A DNA stretch of 64,000 nt. Source: Amphiscolops sp. MND2022. Its lineage: Eukaryota. The stretch covers positions 14,138,001 through 14,202,000 of the forward strand of contig OZ076409.1 of the NCBI GenBank assembly GCA_964187785.1. Direction: 5' to 3'. Of the stretch, positions 50,420-62,975 are shown piece by piece. How positions within the stretch are numbered: position 1 is the stretch's first letter; each line of letters opens with the position of its first letter. The translations under genes were made by a program, and so were the position numbers. The notes beneath the pieces were generated by a model. The model was not told the DNA's origin, did not search any database, and worked only from the letters and a program-made list of their open reading frames with translations.

Positions 50420-51273
50420 GGTTCGATAGGGCGCTAGTTATGATATTTGCAGCCCATTACAACCCTTGAATCAACGTCAATTCGTCTTCTCTACAAATCA
50501 GCCGACAACGCCTAAATTGATAACATCCAGTGTACCAAGAAGCACTGATGGTAAAATTACATCTGTCGAAAAAAGAAACGGCGCCATATACTTGGCGTAC
50601 ACATTTCTCAAGCGCTTTTGTAAACGAATCATCTTCCAATGTTTTCGAGAAAACGTTGTGAGAATGTCACTCGCACCAAAAGCTGAGGCCAGAAGGGCGG
50701 GAGGTGCTAATAATGATGCGGATGAAACCCCAAGACCACCCATTTCAACCGGCAGAGCCAGTTGAGTACACGAAATATCGTTGAAGTTCACAATACACAC
50801 TTTGGAAAGCCCGTCGAGTACGGTTTTGTCATACTTTTCCAAGAGAGCTGGATAATGTACCAATTCTCAAGAAGTACAACAACTTTGGCAGACTTAGCAG
50901 ATGCCATGTTTTTCAACATAAAGAACCATACTGCGCATATAGTTTTTTATTCCATTAATGTTTGTTCCACAACAATTCCATTAATGTTTTCCAGTTCATT
51001 AATTTTCTTTTCAAATAAGTCTGCCTGCGATAAGTTCATCTTTCTTTTGTGTTATGATCATATGGCAAAGTTTTTGGAAAGATGCTAAAATTATCGATAG
51101 TCGTTTTTCCGTGATGTCACAAATGGAAAAAACACATTTCGTGGGTTTAATTTTGAGTCCCAGCGTTTTTCCGCTTCAACAATTTTTTTGAGATCTTTCC
51201 AAACGGTTCTGTAATCATCACTTAAATTTCCATCGTCAAAGTACCTTAAGTTTTTTTTACTCCAAACTGTCAA
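50420..51273 (-). pseudogene. Decayed RT fragment of a CRE-like (RLE-type) non-LTR retrotransposon
   Basis: YFDDGNL (RT YxDD) and QLALPVEMGGLGVSSASLLAPPALLASA, resembling the LPxxxGGLG...AFLAS thumb region; fragmented frames. Confidence 0.65.
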
Positions 51274-51284
51274 TCAGACTGCCA

Positions 51285-51695
51285 CACTAACTGCCACACT
51301 AAACTGTTACTTTTACTGGCACTTGGCATAGAAATTAATTAGGATTTTTTGAGGTCTGCCAAGCAGAACGAGGTAGGTTCGAGTACCGCCCTTGACCAAA
51401 ATTTTTTGTGCATGTTATTTCGGCTCTGTGAGACCTTTTTTCGTAAGTTTTTTTAATAGGGTCCCCCTTCAATTTTTTTCTATTTTGCAACAGAACGGAT
51501 TTCAAAGAATCACAAAGGGTCCCCATTTTTACATTTGTCGGCACTATGCGATTTACCGGAGACTTCAAAAAATTTCGAAAAATAATTTTCGAATTTTTTT
51601 CCTCATTCGGGGACTGTTTAAGAATACTTGACACTTTGAAGTCCTTTTGCTATTTTTGAGCCTATGGCGACGACTTGGGCCGTTCCCGGCTTGTT
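51285..51695 (+). mobile_element. HINE-like family, 3' portion
   Basis: Ends GACTTGGGCCGTTCCCGGCTTGTT; roughly inverted relative to the 52154 copy. Confidence 0.7.
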
Positions 51696-52153
51696 AATTC
51701 ACATGTTACCAGACCGTTTAGCACCCCATTAAATTCAACTTTCTTTGAACACACTTTCTAAGAAATTCACCTTAATCACCTTTTGGGTTTCATAAAATGT
51801 TGCGATCATTCCAGTTGTTCAAGTGTTCATGAAATTAGATCTACATGTGCACGAGGACAGTCAAATAGGTAATTTTAAGAGCCTCTGGGATCAGCTATAA
51901 AAGAATGCTTGAGAATAGTTTCGCGCACGATTCAATTGCTTCATTTAACTCCTGTTCATGAACCTCACTTTATAGAAGAATTATTTCTCAACGCCTTGCC
52001 TTGAAAATCGAACTATTGAAAGAAATTCAATAGAAAAAGACTGAAAATTACAAGAAAAATTGATGGATATATAACGTTGCTGTGGAAAACAAACTTCTGG
52101 GTGCAGTGAGAGAAAAACAAACAAAAGCATTCGAACGAGCAACTGCTAATGTC

Positions 52154-52522
52154 AACAAGCCGGGAACGGCCCAAGTCGGCGCCATATCTAAGGCTCAAAA
52201 ATAGCAAAAGGACTTCAAAGTGTCAAGTATTCTCTTCTACAGTACCCGCATGATAAAAAAATTGAAAAAAATCCCATTTTTTTGAAGTTTTTTTCATTTT
52301 TTTTGGTAACCGATAAGTCGCATACTGCCGAAAATTGTAAAAGTGGACCTCAAAAAAGCCCAATTAACCTCTATCTCAAGTGCCAGTGGAAGTAGTGTGG
52401 CATTTAGTGTTAGTTCAAATCAGCTTATAAAGCTCATAAAATCTGTCACTTCGTTGGTCTTAAAAAAAGAAAAGTCACTACTATAGTCTGCGTTTTTCTA
52501 CAAAAAAGCGCCGACTAAAAAA
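52154..52522 (-). mobile_element. HINE-like family, full-length copy
   Basis: AACAAGCCGGGAACGGCCCAAGTCGGCGCC at the left end; GCGCCGACTAAAAAA at the right (inverted AGTCGGCGC sub-TIR). Confidence 0.8.
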
Positions 52523-55500
52523 CAAATGGTGCAGATCTCCAAATCCTGCTTCCGAGAAGATGATACAAGAAGCAAACAAGCTCTTTTTCTTCCAGCCGTT
52601 GGTTCAAATGGCAGTTTCAAAGCACGATAGAATCCAACCTCGGTGTAACGGGAATCTCAAGTCCTATTGTCCGCGTGTTTTTCAACACGACTGGTTTTGA
52701 CCAACGTGTTATTCACCTGAACTACGATAATAAAAATTTGGGGTCATATGCCATGGTACCATTCACTACACTGAAAAATTTGAATGGTAATAACAACCAA
52801 AAGATATAACTTGAACATTTGAATCAATTTTAGATGAAAACTCATCAAATATCAGTGTTTTTCAAATTACTGATTGCAATGACAAAAAACAACAGCATTC
52901 TTGAGCGTTGTCGTAGGTCAAAAAGCCACCAATGCAATGGTGTTTTGCCAAAAAACTTTTGCACACTTTAGTGCAGCCTGATGTTGGGTCCCGCTAGAAC
53001 TTTTCATAGGTCGAATTCAGGACCCTAATTCGGCAATGCATTAACTGTATTATGTTTCTGGCAATGCTTTCAATTAACGGGGTAGTTTTAAATGTTAGAT
53101 AATACGAAGGTTGTAGGCAAAGAATAACATCCGGATTTCCGAAACAATTTTTTCTCACTTTTTTTTACTTTCGTTCATGAGTAGTACAATGTTGCTCTTG
53201 AGGAAAAGACGATGATGGCACAAGGCCAAACAATGAACAATGTTAAAGGGGATCATTTAGGATTTTTGCCTTCCAGATAGCAACAAATTAATGCCAACAA
53301 AAAAGGTGAGCCCTTTCGAGACATAAAAATTCAAAAGTGCTTGGAGGTACCGGAAAAAAAAACAAAAAGGGATACCTTTTATTCTCATCAGGTTTCGTAT
53401 GTTACGTTAAAAGTGTAAAAAGTAAGAGAACCCGTTGCACTATCGTAGATGCGTTTCCGTGGTATTCGTTAATTTCAACAAAAGGAACAAGAAATTCGTC
53501 GTAATAACGCTTGTCGTCCAGAAACAACTAATGACTATGATAGTCGTAACCTTTCATTCAAAAAACTCAATCAATTCATGATATAACGAAAGCGAATTTA
53601 GTTTCCGAAAATTGCAGGTGCGTAATTAGTTCAAAAATACACGCGTTCTGGTCAGGCTAGGTTTGAAAGGACTGTAGGATTGTTGACTTTTTGGTCATGA
53701 TTATGGTGTTTAATAAACTTTACTTCATCAGCAAAGTATAAAATCCGGAGGTGATATCGTATAAAAGCAAAGATTACAGTAAGTACTTCAAGTACCACGC
53801 ACCATTGTTTAATGTCAATAATATTGTCTTTAGTCAAGCGGACAACCAAAATAATCATTCGTAGCTGCTTTGAAGCGGCCGCACAACGGATTAATGCAGT
53901 AAGACGGCCGCCACCACCTAAACCTTTGTTAGAAAATTCTAATCGGAACGAAACTCTAACATTGAATTTCTCGATACTTATTGCGAATATATGAAAAATA
54001 AACCACCAAAATGTCCCTTTTTGACCTGACTACGTGTTGAGTAACATTTAGGAACTTTTAAGGAACGAGTTTCAACAGAAATTGCACGAAAAATCATAAT
54101 TTACCGTGAACCGAAATGTAGTCAAATTGCTATGTTAATACATGTAATTGAGGGTATGCGAGAGTGAAACTTCGCAGAGTGTGCTATGAGCATATGAATA
54201 CAACTCACCAAAGCGTGTCAGAAAGCGAAAGGAATGAAAATTAGAACGCGCTGTGAGTGGCTGTACGTGTAGCTAATAGGAAAACAGCCGCCGCACACCT
54301 TGAATTAATCCCCCTCCTAATAGAAATTACAAATCAATACCCGATTTCTCAAAGATGAAAAAAGATTGCAACAAACGGTTTACAGCATTCAACAGCCCGT
54401 CCAAAGGACAGCTTAAGTTAAGAATATGAGCTTTGTGCGACCCCGGGAACTTATTGGGGGAGCTTTGAAAGTAAGTGCGTGTAAAATTTTGACAATTTTC
54501 CAAAAATGAGTTTCCTTTAAAAATTTCGTGTGATCGCTACAGTTGTCAAAAAAGTTCAAAAATGGCCTAAAACAAAGATAAATAATTGTCCTAACTTGTG
54601 TCAAATGGAAAACAAATCTTATTCAGTAGTTTCTGAGATTTGACCCAGCAAACGTTAAAAAAGGCCCTAAAAAAGCCTCAATTGTCGTTTTTCGCGTGTT
54701 ATTGCTTAGTACTCCATGTAGAAGCGCACAATAGCTGCCCCTTTTGCAGCGTACTTGAGAAGTGAAGTGGAGGAGTGGATGAAATGATAAATAGAGTGCT
54801 GCGGCGCAATAGCGAGAAACCCCCAAGAATTGAAAGTAGAGAATTTTTGTTGTCAGTACTGAAATCAACTTACCAAAATGCTAACCCACCCCGCACGTTT
54901 TGGGCGATATCGAGCTGAAATTTTCAGGGTAGACGCACAAGAGTCAGACGCAAAGCGTTTAGCAGGAGCGTTTTCCGAAAATGACCTGGTGTTGAGATAT
55001 TGACCTCTAAAGTTGGAGGTCATGTCACAAAATTTTGAAAATTGACCCCTTTCAGAAAAAGCGTCACCAAATTTTGTTGAAACAAGCCAGAGACCTCATC
55101 TAAAATGCAAAATACTTTTAATGGCTTGTGCTAACGATGTATATAGACCCACTTGTAGCCTGTATCTTTCAAATTGGTTGAGTATGAGCCCTCAAAAGTT
55201 GAGACTTGCGTGAAAAATGATAAGTGATTTTTGACCAAAGTTTAAGTGCGTTTTTCGCCATGAAGGAGTTGAAATAGAAAGTTAACTGTGATTTGAAATT
55301 TTGTAGCCCTTGATCAGTACTTTCAAATAGTGTACTTGGTTTTGGCCCATTGAGATCAGAACACCTAGTTTTTGCCCTTCAAAGTTGTAACACGAAAACC
55401 GACTCCTTGTATTATGAATTAAAATAGCCTTTTAGGTCATTGTAAATTGTTGGAAACTATTTCCTTCAGCCATACTTAGCTGACGAGAGTTGTGTCAGGG

Positions 55501-56076
55501 GCTGTGTGGGAAAAACAGGACTGGCAAAAAGTGCAAATGTCAATCAGTAAGCCGAAGTTCAAGCCGTGCATACAAAAGTGGGAAAAATTGAGTTAGTAAC
55601 ACCTTCCCTTAAATCTTATTGAAAACGAGGTAAAACTACTAGTCATGATTGACAAGAAGGTGGAACCAGGACTGAGTTGTGCTGAGAAAAAGTACTTCTG
55701 ATGAACACTTCGTACCGAAGTAGGAAAAACTGTATTGCTCAACACTTAGTCAGGCTCCCAAAATGGACTGATGATGAACTATGAATAATGATATGAGTAA
55801 ACCGCCGAAGAAGTAACTTTGGCCGAAGTGTGCGCCATTTGAGCGACACACAAAGTGAGTTTAAATCTAGAAAACGGTTAGCTGCTTTGGTGTCCGATAA
55901 CATCCCGCATCAGACGCCGGACTATCGAAATAGCAGATTTACTTCAATTAGCCGGTTAGCCCGTGCCTTCAGCCTAACAACTTGATGCAGCGTGATATAT
56001 TGCTACCCCGCTTTTCGCTAGTACAGATTTCGACCCGGGAGTAGGGTGGACTGCATGTCTATCGTGTTTCGTGTAA

Positions 56077-56308
56077 TTGAGCATAAGTGGGCTGATAATA
56101 CACGGTTGAGCCTAAGTGGGCTGATAATACACGGTAGAGCCTAAGTGGGCTTATAATACACAGTTGAGCCGAAGTGGGCTGATAATACACGGTTGAGCCT
56201 AAGTGGGCTGATAATACACGGTTGAGCCTAAGTGGGCTGATAATACCGGTTTAAGCCTAAGTGGGCTGTTAATACACGGATAAGCCTGAGTGGGCTGATA
56301 ATACAGGG
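56077..56308. repeat. Eight tandem copies of a 29-bp unit inside the candidate LTR
   Basis: TTGAGCCTAAGTGGGCTGATAATACACGG variants at 56077, 56106, 56135, 56164, 56193, 56222, 56251 and 56280. Confidence 0.95.
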
Positions 56309-59300
56309 ATTTTGTTTTCACTCCGAGACCGATAGAGATTTTGCGGCGAGTTGATTCTTTCGATATCTTCGATATCACCTCCATTGTGCTGCTTTAAAGA
56401 GTAGTAATTTTTAGTTAGTGGTCTTGTATCTAGATGGTACAGGTCTAAATACTAAGACAAGACTACTTAGATCGATGCTAGCTAGCTAACTCTAATAAAG
56501 CTTGGAGGTCTGAAAGAAGAAAGAAAGGAAGTCGACTAAATACTGAATATTAGTTTTCTCTCTCTGAAGGAGAAGGAATAGGATTTTACAGTCATTCAAT
56601 AATAAAGAAAATAAATAAATGAACATTCTAGAACATTCTATAAACATCTAAATTCTAGTGGTTATTAATGTAAGTCAGTACATCTATCCCGGTTTTTAAA
56701 TAAAATAAAGATTTTACATCACATAAATAAAACAAGATCAAAAAAATTTTTGTGAAAATATTTTTAGCGTTAGCTGAAACGTTAGTTCAAATTTTTCTTT
56801 TGATGGATGATTGGCATAAATCTCTTTTAGATTGGTGTAAGTTCGACTCAATGGTAGACCTCGAGTTGTCCATCAAAAATGTGACAACTTTATTAGACCT
56901 CTTATGTGCGACTATAGTTCAAAGACATCAAGGTGGTCTGTTTCATTATGCTTTCGGGCCTAGTTTGATTGAACTGGTAGCGGCTCGATTCTATGCCTCT
57001 GTTGAAGTTGTGATTTAACTTCGCATTCAACAAATCGTGAGCAAAACATCATATGAGTTAAAGGTCAAAGAGTCATTGAGAAATTTCTGCTGACAATTTT
57101 ATCGCTTAATTATGAAAACTGTCTGAAAAGATTTTCAAATTGTTATGTAAGAAATGTTGGAAACTTCGAGGAAGTGGGCTTCTCATTTTTCGAATTGAAA
57201 TTGAACAATGTGCTTGATCAATTTTTGAGCTAATTTTGTTGAAATTTTGAAAAGAGTTTGTTAACATATGATTGAATTCTTTTGGGATCGAAAAGCATCG
57301 AAGAATAATAAAAAAATATGCTTTAAAAATGGGCAAAAAAAATATCGGTTTGGGTGAATAAATTTTATAAATGGGGCAAATTAATTTGGGGGGGGATGTT
57401 TTTAAACTTCACAAATGAGTAATAAATTTTTTATTGTAAATATATTTTGAAGAAAAGTTTGTAAAGTTTAATCAAGTACAATGTTTTTTGTCATGCTTCT
57501 TGTTTTAAATTATATTATTATTCGTATTATCTTCTCATGGGTCTTCTTGACTTCTGAATTCGCTGGATCGATGGTGGGACCAGTTTGAGAGAGGTTAAAA
57601 GCGGCAATTCGGGATCTTCAGTGCGGAAAGATGTTGGATTTCTGCTGCAACTGCAATCTCCTCAGTGTTGATGGGCGATCAATGGGTCCAGACGGTTGAT
57701 CGTGGGCTGTATGCGTGTTCTGTGTCGCTTGTGATCTTCGGTGAACTCAGAATGCGATGTAAGTATATGTTTTGTATGGAGAATTTTGGTCGATTGTCGC
57801 TTCAGGAGGGTCTTTTTGGAGTTTATCATCGGTAGAATCATTGTCATCCGATGACCAGTAGGATACTAATTTTTCTTTTTCTAATAAAGTATGTGTTCTA
57901 TTAGATAGGTTTCTGGGAAAGGACTTTGGTCGGATAGTCGTATATTCCGTTTGAGTAGTTGCATCACATTTGTGAATGAAGGTATCGGGATGATTATGCA
58001 ATATAAGGTATTGCTGAAAATTTATTTTGTTTATTTGGAATATTTGGAATATTTTGAAGAGGATCATTTTCGTTAGTTGTGGATCTGCATTTTTCTCTTG
58101 TGTCATCTGTGTATATAACGTTGGTATATGTTTTTTCAGAATGAGAGATCGAAGGCGAGTTGAAGCAATCGGGAATTCTATTGAAGTATTTGAAGTCATC
58201 TTGATAGTAGAGTTGAAATGGAAATTTGTTGGAAATTTCTCGATGTGGAGAGGCAATCAGGCAGTGATTGGAAGGAAGACGAAGGGGTGAAGAAAGAAGT
58301 TTGGAGCTATTCACCAGAAATAGATTAGTTTGTTTACATTTAAATTTCCTTTCAAATTAGATTTCTTTTGTTGACATTTTTCTGATGTATTTTATTGTGT
58401 TATATCTTTTTAATTTTAGGAATGAAGTTGGTGTATTTTGGAAGTCTTTTGGAGAGTATTCGAAAATTTTTGATTTGAGGTCTTATTTGTTAAAATCGGT
58501 TCATTAGAAGGAGGAGCATTTGAAGCATTTCGTTGAAAATTTTCATTTCCAGAGTTAAAATTTTTGTAATATTCAAAATTAAAGTTTATTTTTTGGCTAA
58601 TTTAGACTAAAAATATGCTCAGTAAGCATAACTCCATAAGTACTAGTTAATTTTGACAGGTTATTAAAGGAATACGAGTCAACTGTGAAAATTATTAACG
58701 CTATTATCTATAATTACCAGTTAGGATTGTTGGAGTTTTTCAAACATGTAGTTGATTTCATCTAAGGATGTGCGTACATACGAAGCTGATTGGCTAACTC
58801 TTGTCGTATCAAACGTCATATTCTGCAATAGGTCTCGGGCTTGTTCGAGTCGTTTTTTGGGTTTTGATATGGTTTTAAAATGTCCATTAATTGTTGATAT
58901 TTTTGTATTTCTTCTCTAGGAGGAAAGCTTTCTGGTCGGGGAATGTCATTTGTTGGTTTCTTTAAAGGTTCTTGATTTGTTCGTTTGTGTTCTTTTATAT
59001 TTCCATTTGTAAGCATGGAATTGAGATGAAAAACAATGAATAATAATTCAATTATAGATAATGCCTTTTTGCTACAGCGTAACAATACGATTTTTCACAG
59101 TCTCCAAGAGGTTGGGAGGCAATGGGTTGAAATGGAGGAAGAGGGTCTGATATACCTTTGGGTATATCTTCTTGTAATAGCGAATCATCATCTAGAATGA
59201 GATTTTCTTGTGGTACTATAATTGGTCTTTTTGGATTATCATTTGGAAGGAAAAGAAATCTTTGTTTTTTGGATCGTAATTTCTCAGTTTTCCTTTTATT

Positions 59301-60419
59301 TTAGTGTGATCTATTAGGCAGTCTGAGTTTAAAGTGAAAGGCGATGTATATTTCGAATCGAAGAAAAGATAGTTTTCAGGTTCTTTGTATTTGAGAAACT
59401 TTGGTACGTAACATGATGAGCTTTTTAATTTGGTATGGCAAGAAATTAGCATCTTTCTCTTCAGTTCTGAGATCATACGGAGATGGTCTGAGGAAGATAT
59501 ATTGAAGAAGGAAAATTTTCACATTGTTATTTAACCACCAATCATAAAGGGTAATTAGTTACGAGGCAATTGAAGTATGATAATCGTTTTTGAATTCTCT
59601 GATGATAACTTTGTATTTTGTTGGGATCATATAAAAGAAATTAAATGAGATTGGAATGTGAATTGTCTTGAAGATAGAATGGGAATTAAATCACAATCTC
59701 GATCTTTATCTTGTTTTGATGGTTCTTTGAAAGGAGGACAAGCGCCAGATTCCATAAAAGTTTTATCGGCGGTTATATCTGGATATGTTCGTTTTTGAGA
59801 TGCGTTTGTATGATCAATTTGTTCAACTGGAATGGTTTCCATGGGTTCTTGAATTTGTGAAGATGAATTATTATCTTCGTTAACATTTTGTTGAATGGTT
59901 ATATTCAAAGGGGATGCAAGCAATTCAGAGGGACTAGAGTTAACTACATCAATTTCAGGCAAGGATTCCTTTATTTTAACTTGCGTGAATTTGTGGCGCT
60001 AAATGAATAATTATTTTCAAAACATGATAAAAATTGAGTTTAAATTAAAGAGGAATTATTCCTTATTCTTTCGTTTATTTAGAGTTTTAATAAATTGGAA
60101 GTTCAAATTGTACTTACAATATTGGAATATTGTTGGGTCGGATCAAAACATCAACAGTCAGTGATATCTATTCCCGGAATAGAAACCTCTGTAATTTCTG
60201 TTATTCACAATGAATTTGTCCAGGCGAAGTTCCAAGTTGTTTCGGGTTGAGTTGAGGTGGCACAGGTTGGATTGAGGTAGCAACTGTCCAAGTGAGAGTT
60301 TTTGGGTGGAATGAAAGTAAATTTGTGAGGTTATTTGTTGTCGATTTTGTGAACTTTTTCTAGGTTTAATTTGTTTTATTTGGTTACTATCCTTTCCTTC
60401 TGGTTATTATCGTTTCTTG

Positions 60420-62975
60420 TTAGGAGGAATTAAATCTTATGAAAATTTTTGCGGGGCTTTCCGGTGAAGCTATTACATTTTGTACTAAAGCGTCATAATC
60501 TTGGGAATTTTGAGGTGTTTTAATATCGTTAATGTTGTTTGGGTGTGTCTTTTTTGGTGATTGAAAGGTTGGATTTTTACTTGTATTTTCAGGAGGTAAA
60601 TACGGGGAGTCATTATCAGAGTATCTTATTTGCTTATGTGTTTCTTTTTCGGATAACAGGATATGATCATTTTCACTAGTGGTAATTTTGTGTTTAGTAT
60701 ATATCTGTTTACGTTTTCCTGTATTATTTGAATCGGTAACCATTTCCGATGTGAATATAACAAAAAATGCATGGGCTATTGAACTCAAAATGGAAATTTT
60801 GCTTTGGAGATTATGTTTTATACTAATTGTCCTGTAGAATCGGAGTAGGAAAGTTAAAACTTCTCTTAAAAAAAGGTAGAGAAGTAAATTCCACATTGTG
60901 TTAAAATATAACATGGGTATCCGAATGAATGATTGAATGCTTGACTAAACCAATTAGGGTTGAAGAGTGGTAAAAAGTTCAACAAATGATCATGTAATCC
61001 AATCTTCAAATGATTATAAGGATTTGATTCTGTGTGGGAGTGTTGTTCATTATGCATTGTATTGAAATCGTAACTTAATGATTTTCCAAGTAATTGGAGA
61101 GTTGTATCTGAGTGTTTTGCGAATAATACTCTATTCCAGAATTGATCTAATTCTGCATTTGAGTAAATACCGGCATCTTGAGCTGTGAATGTATTGGGTG
61201 TTATTCATGTCTTAATTTGAGTGGGTTTAAACATTTGTGGTGGTTCCTTTTGTAGCGGGTCTGGTGTTAACACATAACACTCTCCGTCATCTGCATCTGG
61301 GTCTAATTCAATAATAATTTGTGGATTGTTTCCGCATTCTATTGGTGTGGCATAATTAAAAGTTTGTCTCGTTATAGGGTCTACATACATGATAGTTTCT
61401 CTATAGAGTATGGGAATTCTATCAAAGCATTTGTCTGCTTTGAATAGTGGCGATATGAAATGAGGGCAATCATACAACCATGCTGTAGATCCTTCGACAT
61501 AAAGGAAGTTACTGTTACTGCGATTTCCAGATAGAAGGAAACCGGCTAATTGAGGGTTTTTAACTGACATAGCTAAGATTGTTAACAGTTGTGTTCTTTC
61601 TAGTTCACATACTGTGTGGAGATGGTTTAGTTCTTGTACTGTCATTGATTTGAATACGGGCTTTATTGTGAAGTCAATTTTGGTATTAATATGAGCATCG
61701 TAATCTATGGTAGCGAAATTATTTGATATATTTAATGCAGGGATTATATATTTTTGATTAGAATTATCAAACTGTATTTTTCCACTAATATTTTGGTCTA
61801 TTATTGAATGTGGTTTTGACTGTCCAGTATTCATATCAAAACCATCTGAATAAGTAACAAAAATGTCGTCGTATTGTGTTGAAAATAGTGGTTCTGGTTT
61901 TCCACAAAACGTTTGTGCAATGGGATATATTTCAAATCCAGAAAGACTTGGATTGTCTACTGTTGATTGAGGTGTTTTGACATTGGGGTATTTTGTTCCT
62001 TTTATTCCTTCGGTCTGAAGGTGTTTTGTGATATTCGAGGAATCGATAAAGTTATCTGTTTCTATCCAATAACGGTCTTTAATTATTGTCATTCTTCCAA
62101 TGAATTCCTGTAGTCGAAGTATGAGGCAAAATTTTTCATCAAACCATGTTAATATGTATGGAGTTCTTGTGGTGGGTTTACAAAATCTTTCTGAATGATA
62201 ACATGGTATGGTAATATATATCCACCATGAATCATTTGATTATTTCTATCGTCATAGGTTATTTCAGCATTAGTTATTCTGAGTTTCCAGCTTTCTCGGG
62301 TTATTAAATGTTCTCTGTCGCTTCTACATCTTGAATTTTAATTTTGTGTAAAATTAACTATCCAGTCTTAGTAATGTTCATCATATACGAATGTTCCAAT
62401 ATGCCAAGCGTTTAACTTGCTACTCTGAATGGTTTTTGAAATTGTTCAATTTTGTTTCGATAATCGCTGTCATCAAAAAATGAGAAAGAACTTTGTATGT
62501 TGTAATTGTTTAATTCTTTACTATCAGTTGCGTTTAAATATCTTATCATGTTTTTACATTCAATAGGGTCAAGTCTTTTCGGAAGTTCTAGTGTATTTTT
62601 CCCCATTTTAAACGATCATATCGTCTACTGGATGAAAAAGTTTGGGAACACCAAACTTTTTCTGTTTTTATATATGCTCCACATTTGAAGGCTTTGATTC
62701 TTTTTGCTTTTGCTCTAACATATACTGTTGCTTGAGTTTTCGTATGATGTATGTCTGAGGATGCTTGTTTACATGGTTCAACATGTAGTAAGCTGAATTG
62801 TCTTAAGTTGTTTTGTTTTGCACAGTCATAATGGGATACCATAAGGTTCTAAATGTTTGGGTCTTGTGGTGAAATATGGTTTTCTGGGTTCGTTGTATCA
62901 GCTTTAGGAACTGATGTCGTATTAGCTAGGTGTATTAGGTAAACAATATGTAATGAAAAGTACGTCTATCATAGT
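60420..62975 (-). pseudogene. env: env-like fusion glycoprotein (chuvirus G / herpes gB-like class III), fragmented
   Basis: SHYDC..N..FSLLHVEPC near the N-terminus, CYHSERFCKP..TW..C, helix CELERTQLLTILAMSVKNPQLAGFLL..EGSTAWLYDC, CFDRIPI, C-terminal hydrophobic segment; several stops and frameshifts. Confidence 0.75.

Noticed and set aside
55698..55730. CTGATGA followed by an ACTTCG/CGAAGT hairpin and GAAA (hammerhead-like)
   Set aside because: The stem is offset from the core by unpaired bases and I found no stem III/NUH pairing.
56077..56308. CRISPR-like array of palindromic repeats
   Set aside because: The linkers are near-identical rather than unique spacers, there are no cas genes, and the context is a eukaryotic LTR.
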